Assembly: GCA_965644265.1 (NCBI GenBank)
Contig: OZ286460.1
Span: 52,824,001-52,888,000, forward strand
Source of the DNA: Glycera tridactyla
Lineage: Eukaryota
Reading direction: 5' to 3'
DNA: 64,000 nucleotides
In this document: piece by piece, positions 54,600-64,000 of the stretch
Position numbering within the stretch: the stretch's first letter is position 1
How the letters are laid out: each line of letters opens with the position of its first letter
The notes under the pieces: generated by a model
Told to the model about the DNA's origin: nothing
Database searches by the model: none
The model's input: only the letters and a program-made list of their open reading frames with translations
Position numbers and translations under genes: made by a program

Positions 54600-54960
54600 C
54601 AAATGCCTCATAGACGTGCAGGGAATAGTCTGGTCTGGCCGCTCGTTGCCCGGCGAAAATAAAAGCATATGAGGCACGAGCTGCAGACAAATTGCCCGCA
54701 AGGTCTGCCCTCTAAACACCTAATGATGAAGCCCTGATTAATGCACATGCACAAAAAATGAGAGTCGGCGCTTGCTTCGACAGGATGTCTCTGCGGATTT
54801 TAGCCGGAATGGGCTAACGGGGAATTGGAAAGGCGAATGGAGTAGCGTAAGGAATTTGAAATGGAACTTGTGCTGTCCTTGGAGGCTCACTAGATCTGGC
54901 TGGCGAGCAAGGAGGAGGGCTGTGCTCGCGCTCGTACATGGACTTGGCTGGACATGTGGA
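54600..54960. promoter_or_regulatory. Candidate developmental enhancer
   Basis: CpG-rich island containing the PBX-HOX-type composite TGATTAATG at 54735-54743. Confidence 0.38.
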
Positions 54961-55250
54961 TATGCTCAATGACCTTACAAGTTGAAGTGTGAATAACCTC
55001 TCTCTCACAAAAGTTGGCAAACTTCTTGCTCTGCATGCTAATAGCCCTGATCAACTCACTCCACCTACCATATTAGTCCTGACAACCACACCTGAAGGAA
55101 TTTCTCCAGATTCAACATCCCCTCCAAACTCCTATAATGGGATCCCAAGACTGTTACTACAAATCATCATCACAACGAGTCCTGTGAAGGGATACCCCAT
55201 TTGAACAGACACAAGAAACCAATCTTGCAGGGTGACAGTTTTAGTCGACA

Positions 55251-55312
55251 TAATTGATTATGCCCCTGAGAGATCACATGTTTAGGGTAGTCTCTGATTG
55301 CAGGTTTCACTG
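55251..55312. mobile_element. Partial or degenerate MITE of the same family (one end only; left boundary approximate)
   Basis: Ends GTAGTCTCTGATTGCAGGTTTCACTG | TA, matching the family TIR; no matching left TIR about 176 bp upstream. Confidence 0.55.
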
Positions 55313-56458
55313 TATGTCAATTATGGAGTTTATGTATCATACAATAATTCACCACCAGCGAAGATGAAATACATGGCAGTGTAATATCAAGTCCTCAAAT
55401 ATCCCAAACCTACATGAGAGACATTCAGCTCATTGGAAACCTTGATTGTCAGATTTTTTTTTGAATTTTGATATCCTCAAACCAAAATCAACCTCATGAT
55501 ACCCTGATAGAGCACATAAAACATTATATAAACATTCATAAACCTTGCAAATTTGGTACAAAATGGCAATCGGATCCCAACCAAAAAAAATTTACCAAAA
55601 TATCTCCATTTCTTCAATGAAGAATGACACGCCTTTATTTTTTCCATTGATATGTACATCCAAGTCATACAGTCACGTTTCCCCCTTCAGTCTATTCTAC
55701 ACACCCCCACATCTAATAACCCTCAATTATCAAATCAAATTTTATCTCTGCTTGCCTGCCTCAATTTGCTCTGAAATAGATCCCCTTATCTCTCAGGCTA
55801 TGTCAATTACCCATATTTCTCCGACTATCTCTTTCTATGAAACCTTATATACTTGTATTAATTGTGATTTTCTGTAAATCCTACCCAGATTTTTTCCTTT
55901 GCATGTATCTGTTGATATGTCTAATCTGATGTTGGCATATTCTTATACCGAATAGTGAACATTAGCTATTTTTCATGACAAACATGGATGGAGTTTCAGA
56001 TATTTTTTCTGCTAATGGAGGTTCAAATTCCTCGGTCCTCACCAATCTGTATCTCATAAATTCTAATAAAGTAGACATGTTTGTTTCAAACAAGGAACAT
56101 GTGGATACATTTCTTTTGAAAGCTTGTAGAAGATGAAATTTGTTTCACATCGTACCAACAAGACACGATGCCTCATATTTACAAGGATTGTGTCAATGCA
56201 TTTCTACCCTACCTACTGAGTCTCAGCATCTAAGATATAAATGCAGATATAAATTCGATATGAGCCGTCTACTTTCTAGCCTGCTGGTCTAGAGATGGGT
56301 TGGAACTAGGTTAACCCCGATGATATTAACCCAGCAGCTCATGGAGGATATGAGACGGGAGTATTAGCGTAGACACAGAGCCACTAATTGTTCATTATTT
56401 TTGATAAGGCACACAGTAATCTGCTTTGTGGCCTGTGCAATACAATTAGCCGGCAATG

Positions 56459-57038
56459 NNNNNNNNNNNNNNNNNNNNNNNNNNNNNNNNNNNNNNNNNN
56501 NNNNNNNNNNNNNNNNNNNNNNNNNNNNNNNNNNNNNNNNNNNNNNNNNNNNNNNNNNNNNNNNNNNNNNNNNNNNNNNNNNNNNNNNNNNNNNNNAGGC
56601 AGACAGACTGACTGACTGNNNNNNNNNNNNNNNNNNNNNNNNNNNNNNNNNNNNNNNNNNNNNNNNNNNNNNNNNNNNNNNNNNNNNNNNNNNNNNNNNN
56701 NNNNNNNNNNNNNNNNNNNNNNNNNNNNNNNNNNNNNNNNNNNNNNNNNNNNNNNNNNNNNNNNNNNNNNNNNNNNNNNNNNNNNNNNNNNNNNNNNNNN
56801 NNNNNNNNNNNNNNNNNNNNNNNNNNNNNNNNNNNNNNNNNNNNNNNNNNNNNNNNNNNNNNNNNNNNNNNNNNNNNNNNNNNNNNNNNNNNNNNNNNNN
56901 NNNNNNNNNNNNNNNNNNNNNNNNNNNNNNNNNNNNNNNNNNNNNNNNNNNNNNNNNNNNNNNNNNNNNNNNNNNNNNNNNNNNNNNNNNNNNNNNNNNN
57001 NNNNNNNNNNNNNNNNNNNNNNNNNNNNNNNNNNNNNN
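56459..57038. other. Two N gaps (56459-56596 and 56619-57038)
   Basis: Runs of N. Confidence 0.99.
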
Positions 57039-57150
57039 AGGCAGACAGACTGACTGACTGATAAACATAAAATGTCTCTCTCTCTATCACACACACACAC
57101 ACACACACAGACACACAGACACACAGACACACACACACACACACACACAC
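56597..57150. repeat. Unresolved (AGGC)(AGAC)n(TGAC)n minisatellite spanning an N gap, followed by (CT)n/(CA)n
   Basis: Identical 22-mer AGGCAGACAGACTGACTGACTG at 56597-56618 and 57039-57060 on both sides of the gap; CA/CAGA repeat to 57150. Confidence 0.8.
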
Positions 57151-57361
57151 ACCCCAAGATGACAAATGTATGGGTGTCAGTGCTTGACCGAAGTAATCAT
57201 GACTACACTTACATGTGCTGCTCACTATTAAAGAAGAAACTCCAGCCACTCCAGTGTGTACCCCACATGGCTGCGGTCAGATAGCTTTGTTGACTAAACA
57301 GTCAACTACCAGCACTCCATCAACCATTCACCAACAACTGACTATATGAGACACCTCACTT

Positions 57362-57375
57362 CCCCCCCCCCCCCC
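57362..57375. repeat. Poly-C14
   Basis: Seen directly. Confidence 0.9.
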
Positions 57376-59289
57376 ATCTTATTCAGCTGACCCATCGCCA
57401 TGGAAACTTGTATTCTTCTCTAAAAACTAGATAGCAAGTGATAGTAGCTTTTTCTGCTCAGAGTTGATCTCACACATTCAGCACAGTGTAGTCACACCAG
57501 AAGGTACAATGATGAGTGAATCATTGAGTACTGTTGAGAGGTAATTTTATTACATTAATGGGGATATAGAAGTGTGGAGATTCGAGGTAAAACTTGCTTT
57601 CAGCTGAGAAGAATGCATGGAGCAGGGAGCATTGATTGCCGGTGATTCATCATTGAAACAATACAAGCTCATTACCAATATCACATTAGAATTCAATCAC
57701 CGCTGACCAGTCGACTCACAGTCCAGGGTTATCAGCAACAAGTACAGGCCCTTGGCCCAGTGTACTCCGCCAATGGAAAGGCCCAAACCCAATGCCGGCA
57801 TCAATGCCTGAAAGAAGTTGATTCCAAGGGAAACAATCACCCATTCTATGCCCAACAGATGCTGTTTGCGCCATTCAATCCTATCTAACTGATGCAGATT
57901 CCAAGCACAGCGACTGAATCCAGCAATGGACAGAATTCGCTTACCTTGCTGACGCCGGAAGGCCAGCTTGAAAGGAAGCGCAAAATGACTGCTTGTCGAA
58001 CACACCACAAGTGAATTCTGTTCATTCTGATTACGTAGGGGTCACTTTAGTTCCACAAAATGAGTTAAAAGTTTAGGTCAACAGAGAATTGGGGCACATT
58101 TCACCAATCTACCACTGGTTTGCACCCCTTCTTCACCAAACCTTGAACAATTACCCATGGACTTGTCGCAAATTCTGATTAAAGCTCATATTAGGACAAA
58201 AAGCATTGCTGAGTGGAAAAGGCTTTTCAACTCATGAGGATTTCACAGAAAACAAGTCATGGACTCATGAACATTCTTTTCAGGGAGAAAGAGAGAGTAA
58301 TAAAAATTATACAAATACAGCAAATTTTATTTCACACCATTTGCAATCATGACCACTAGATATAAACTGTAGCAGTAAGAAAATGTGGTTCATATTGTTG
58401 TACATTTCATTCTCTTCTGTACATAAATAAAGGTGCCAGATCAAAAGTACATATGATTTGATAGTATTTTTGCCCCACAATAAATTCAAGCCAGATGCAG
58501 TGGAGTAGCTGGCACACACAAGCAGCTCATTCATCTTGTTTTTATCACTCTTTGCCAGAAGCCGAAGCACCATGTTGTTGAAATAGGTATCAGGCTCATC
58601 CCCCAAGAATGTGCTGGATGTTGCCGCTGCTGAGATGGCTGCATGATGGCCGATGGGGGGCTTTGTCTGCTACCCCCTTAGGTCAAAGGCCACAGGTAAA
58701 GCTACATCGGGGCAAGCTGCATCATCAACAGCTTGGCTCATCTTGAAGTCATTCTCACTTCCCACTATATCCACCTTCCTGTATCCATTCACGATATCTC
58801 CAGTAGGGTATCTCATGGTTGAATTGAAAGTTTAGCTATCAAAGGTTTTTATCCTGATTGTGACACAAATCTGCTAAGAACTTGTAATTGCATCTGTTCA
58901 GTACACAATTCGGCTCTCACCAGTTCCACCCTTTTCTGTAGCAATTCTTTACTCTTCATATGACATAGGAACATCCAGATCAAAATCAAATTTAACAATA
59001 AGCATCATGGAAATAATGACGTAAAGTTTTTGATAATCCTGAATATGTAAGAATTCAAATGCCATCATGCACTTTTGTACACAGTACACCATGTGACTAT
59101 AGATATCAAAATTTGTCAATGAAGCAAATAACTATTGAGTGATAAATCTTTATATGGAACATGATCAAATGCCTGGGAATATCTACAAAGTGCTCTTTGC
59201 AATAAGGAGACAACAAAGATAAACACATGAATCACGTAAATCACATGAAAAGAATGAATATGAAAATTTGCGGAGGAGCTGAAGCAGAC

Positions 59290-59640
59290 AAGTGCTGAGT
59301 GGTTAACGTGGATATAATGGCGCGGAAGGCATCATTGCTCACTATCAGTGCAGCTCACTTTCTTAGTGTCAGCGGGCCAAAATGGCTCTCACTATTGATT
59401 CGAATATCAATAAAGTCAGTCATTGCGGTCATCGTTGTGCTCGTTTTGATCAGACATGCTCGGCCGCAGATGAGACTGTCAGCAAGACAAGCGCGGCACA
59501 ACTTCATCAGCCTCGTGTCAAAATTAGGTGCAAAACTTTCCCGCCTGAGATTAAAGTCATCATATCGCCTGATATGGAATAGATTTATCGATTTATCAGC
59601 ACTCCATTCTGCAGCTAAAATAGGTCAAGCCTCGCAAACT
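59290..59640. promoter_or_regulatory. Candidate developmental enhancer
   Basis: CpG-rich island; inverted ONECUT-type pair TATTGAT-N6-ATCAATA at 59393-59412, CTGTCA, and AGATTTATCGATTTAT at 59581. Confidence 0.42.
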
Positions 59641-60507
59641 TCACCCCATCATTTCTGAAACTCGCCAACTTATGTTTACATAAATAAGATTTTTTAAGAA
59701 AAACAAAAATTAAAATAATAAGAATTGATATCATAACTTGTTGATGTGCATATATTACATATAGGTCAGGACTTTCTTAATCATTGTCATCATATGGGCA
59801 ATAAATACTGCTTGAATGATCCCAGAAAGAGGTGAATGGATGGCCACAACAAAACTAACCAAGTATATCACTCCTAAACTGCCTCTTATAGCTGCTAATG
59901 TTTAGAAAATAAATTCACATAAATATCTATTTAACATTTGGGTGCTAGCCAAGGGCTATATAAACACCCCTCTGCCCCATTTACCTTAAGAAAAATACTT
60001 ATAATAACACAGCATTAGTACGCAAGAGGTTAAGCATTCCTCCCTGGTTAACTCCTTATACACTAGATTATCATGCCTATGGTGGACACCTGCTTGGTGG
60101 CTAAAGCTATCGCTTGGAGGGATTGAAATAATTCAGATTGGCTGTTCCCATCTGTGCAAACTTTGTATCACTTATCCAGGTACATGAACCACAAATGAGC
60201 TGTAAATTGAAATGCACTCTAGGATGTGTATTGTACTCATGCACACTCCTTCCCAGGGTTAAAAACACCAGGGCCCCACATTTCTGGGCTACTAGCCCGC
60301 CTCAAGGTGCCGAGGCACCTCACTATGTTTTGAATAGATTTAGCAAACTAAACAGTCGATAAGTGTTGCTATGTTTTTTGTGTATATAATGCAGAAACAA
60401 CACACATGCATATTACATAGAATAAACATAGCCATGGAACAGCATGTCTTGGGTTTGCGAGGGTAAAGTGTACCAGCCACAGCTGTTGAGCCAAGTGTTC
60501 TGACCCT

Positions 60508-60517
60508 TGATTGACAG
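60508..60517 (+). promoter_or_regulatory. Exact PBX-MEIS/PREP decamer TGATTGACAG
   Basis: Exact match to the established TALE heterodimer consensus; function unverified. Confidence 0.35.
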
Positions 60518-63250
60518 CATGCAACAACTACAAATGATGATCCAATAAAACCAACAGTCTACCTGTGAATAAAAAATATGACATGCTCCAGATGACACGA
60601 AAACATGACCATTATGTATTTATACCGATAACTTGCATCTACATACATTAATTCCCCATAGTTTTGACAATATTTCTCCTGTGATTGTATCTTGATGATT
60701 TTATTCCATGACAAAATATGTCAAGATACACATACATGAAGCTATAATGCAAGATTCCCAAGTGGGACAATTGACATCGGGCTTTGTCCATATTGTTCTG
60801 GAAAGAGATGCTCACGCAACGACAAGAGGAGGTTATATAAGAACCAATCAGAGGCCCTGCAGGAGATCAAGCAAGCCAATCTGACAGTATCTTTGCTCTT
60901 ACATAAGATGAGGTCATCATGCCAGTTCACCTGCAGGTGATGCCATTGAGAAGATGGGGACTGATGACAGGGACTGCATGCCGGCCAGCATCCCTCAGCT
61001 AATGTTTACCCACCAATCATACTATTACCCTCTTACTCTGACCATAATGATGTCAGTCTGTTGGTTTGGAAAATTATATCACAATCCTTCATCTGAATAT
61101 CATTCTCTCGACAATTGACCCCAAGCCCATATTCAACCTCATGATTTCAGGTTCAGGAGATATATGTATATTCATTGCAGAAAAAAAGAAGATTAAGAAA
61201 CTTCCTGAAAATATTTCTTTAAAATAGATGACAAAAAAATACTAAAAAATGTACTTAGTAAAATGCGATATGGCTGGTGCTTCTATTGTTTGATAGATTT
61301 CTTCCACACATAATCTCAATTTGCAAGTATACTACAGGAAATTTGGCTGAGGATCCCACTTGCCTCATCTCCTCTCCGTCAGAGAATGCAACCTGATTTG
61401 ACTCTCACATCACATTATCAGTCAGAGAATGGCAGAAGTCTCCACTCGCACAGCATTGCCTTTAATCCGAATATTGCCTCAATTACATGGCAGCCTTACC
61501 GTCATATTGTCTGCATCAAGAAAAATAGAAAAATAAGTGTGGAGTCTGCAGCCTAAGTATGATTTATGTCTATCTATTATTCATCAACTTACTGTTTCCA
61601 ATTGCAGCCAATCAGCACGCCTGGTTGTGTCACCGAACACCCATCATTCGTTATGGTAAAATTAATCAATCTGAGGTTGTAGGCATAAATCTCAGCAGTG
61701 GCAGAGCTTCCACCAAGAACACACGCCTTGTCTAATTCTGGTTCAACCTGAAATTAGTTTTAGAAGTTTCCGAATGCCGCAAGATGTATGATTCTTGAGC
61801 CAATTCCAACCAATACATATAATATGAAGCTATATTGGAATCACCATTTTTATTTGAGGTTCTGAAAATTTGATGGAAAGTCAGAACTATATACCCATCA
61901 ACTTTTATGCCTGCTATTTTTTGCTCACCAAGGTATCAGGCTGGACAGTGCTATTCTATCATGAGATGCAGAAATGTGAAATGAAAGGGTTGGGCAGTGC
62001 TTGCATGTGAACACAGTTAGAATCGGTGGCACGGCATCTTAGACAAATCCAGAGGGGGTAAAACACCCTTGTGCACGCTCCTTCACGGCCTCCGTGTGTA
62101 CCAACAATACCTGTGTTTTGTGACTGGCGTCAAAACTGTGTGGCTCACCCACTGAGTCGTTTGCCACTCGAGGGGCCTAACGAGATGACCTGGCCACCGC
62201 TCGCAGCACGTGGCCCTAAACAGCTCCCATGCAATGCTCCCAGACCCAACTGCTTTGCTGATAAAAGTCACCAGCATGGGTGCTTTGACCAAGGCGTCTT
62301 AGGCACAGCAATATTTGTCCGGCTCACCTTTCCTATTGTGCGGCTAAATTGCTTAACTTTTTCATTGCTGCCTCATACCAGACCTTTCTCCAATTACAAA
62401 TACTGCAGTTGTAAATAACGAACGCTTGTCTTAACAAGTGTATACTCTCACAATGATTTCACACTGACACCACTTTTGCAGTTTTGTTTCAAATATGGCA
62501 TTTTCAGTTTCATTTTGCTAATGAGAACAAGATGAGAATTTCAAAAGAAATTAGAGAAATCCAACCAAAGTAAAATGCTACTTATTTTGGCTTCACTTGG
62601 CACATTACAGGACCTGTGGAGTATATGTCTACATTGATAAGCTATATTCATTTTATTCAAGAATACCCCTTATGAGATTATGGAGACTGACAGACTGACA
62701 AACTTCTGTCTCCAGTAGAATGTTTGTTTATAAGAAACCTATCTTACTCAAGAGAATCTAAACTCAGTGATGAGGACAATCATAGCCATTACCGGTACCT
62801 TTCCGAAACCTTTGCAACTGTATTTTGATAAAATGGAGGATATTTTTTGATGTCTGAATACAGCACCATTTGGAAATATGGCTGTGATCTTGACTCTGGG
62901 GCGCTGTTCGGAGATTGAAGGGTGAGGTGGGGTGGAAGGCTGGCATGTTGGGCCTCCCGCTGGTGCCCTTATGAAGGCTTGCCCTCACCCCATGCTGGAG
63001 TGACTGACGGCAGAGAATATCTCTTTAATAACTGCATTCAATAGATTCCACAGCTCACCAAAGTTCTATTCTGATGATAGAAGTGATAGTCAGCTCTCCC
63101 CCATCTCACACCTATACCGTCATCATTAGCTAAAATCTACACCGGGAGCTGACAGTAGAACCCAGACCACTATACACCTTATCTGATCAAACAACATCCA
63201 TGACCATTCTACTTCCTACAGCACAGTTCACCCACCCACCACCAGCTTGC

Positions 63251-63309
63251 CTCAACCTGTTCTTTTCACTATCTGTCCTCAACTTGTTGTTTTCACTATC
63301 TTTCCTCAA
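63251..63309. repeat. Tandem duplication, 27-bp period
   Basis: CTCAACCTGTTCTTTTCACTATCTGTC / CTCAACTTGTTGTTTTCACTATCTTTC, 24/27 identical. Confidence 0.88.
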
Positions 63310-64000
63310 AACTTATAAATAAATTAGTGTAACACATACACCAGGAGAAAAAAACTACTAAAAAATCACTATATCATCAAACTCCCAAGTTCTACTCCAT
63401 TCTGACTGATGCCCTGATCCAGTTTGAGATGATATTCAGGTATCCTATCACCTCAATATTCACAAATTGCATCACTCACTATGCACATTTCAACTGTGGT
63501 ATAAAAGCAAAAATATATCCCTGTAACAAATAATCAGGGACCTTCAAAGTCTCAACCTCCAGCCCTAACATAAAGCCACTGAGAAATAATGTGTATCTTC
63601 CACAAGAGGTTGATTCGTTGGACATATCATCCAATATCATAAACCCAAATGTTGAGTAATTTGGCAGCTGGGATTTTTTCAAAGCTTTGAGATGATAGGG
63701 AGAATCACAGTGCTATGTATTGGATGTGTCTCAAGAATGCAACTGGTGTAAGATTATGTTCCTCTCAACCATTTATGCTAGATTCAACTAGAAAATTGGA
63801 CGTATGAGTGAGTCCAGGCATGTAACAGATGTATATCTAAATTGAGTCATCAAAATACATGTGCAGATTGTTATCTTTCACAAAAACAGAATATCGGTTT
63901 TTGAGGGGATCAGTCACATTTAGGACATTGAAAAAGCGCACATCTGAAGAATGAGAAAGGCTCTTAGCATCTTATTCAACAATTCACGATGGAAGACAAC

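Larger units (their letters stand above)
41610..64000 (-). other. Meis: Meis intron (phase 1, >22.3 kb) continuing beyond the window end
   Basis: Acceptor at 41610-41611; no upstream Meis exon (MEIS/HM domain or GDNSS-type linker) recognised up to 64000. Confidence 0.72.

Overview
Metazoan (probably protostome/lophotrochozoan; inferred) genomic DNA lying entirely inside one minus-strand TALE-class homeobox gene, Meis/homothorax. Only two coding exons are recognisable: 41609-41458 ([51 protein letters not shown]) and 29044-28968 ([26 protein letters not shown]). Both have canonical splice sites in compatible phases. The rest is three long introns (>22 kb, 12.4 kb, >28.9 kb). These hold a family of ~175-bp TA-flanked MITEs, microsatellites, six N gaps and many CpG-retaining, motif-dense islands that look like enhancers. 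Nearly all six-frame ORFs are spurious. The strongest unexplained signal is a near-perfect sense-strand recursive-splicing (ratchet) site at 2385/2386: branch point, long pyrimidine tract, TAG|GTGAGT. The second is a canonical phase-0 acceptor at 36615/36616 opening a 225-codon frame followed by AATAAA, which could give a homeodomain-truncated Meis isoform. Both are hypotheses from sequence only. Motif counts were made by eye and are minima.
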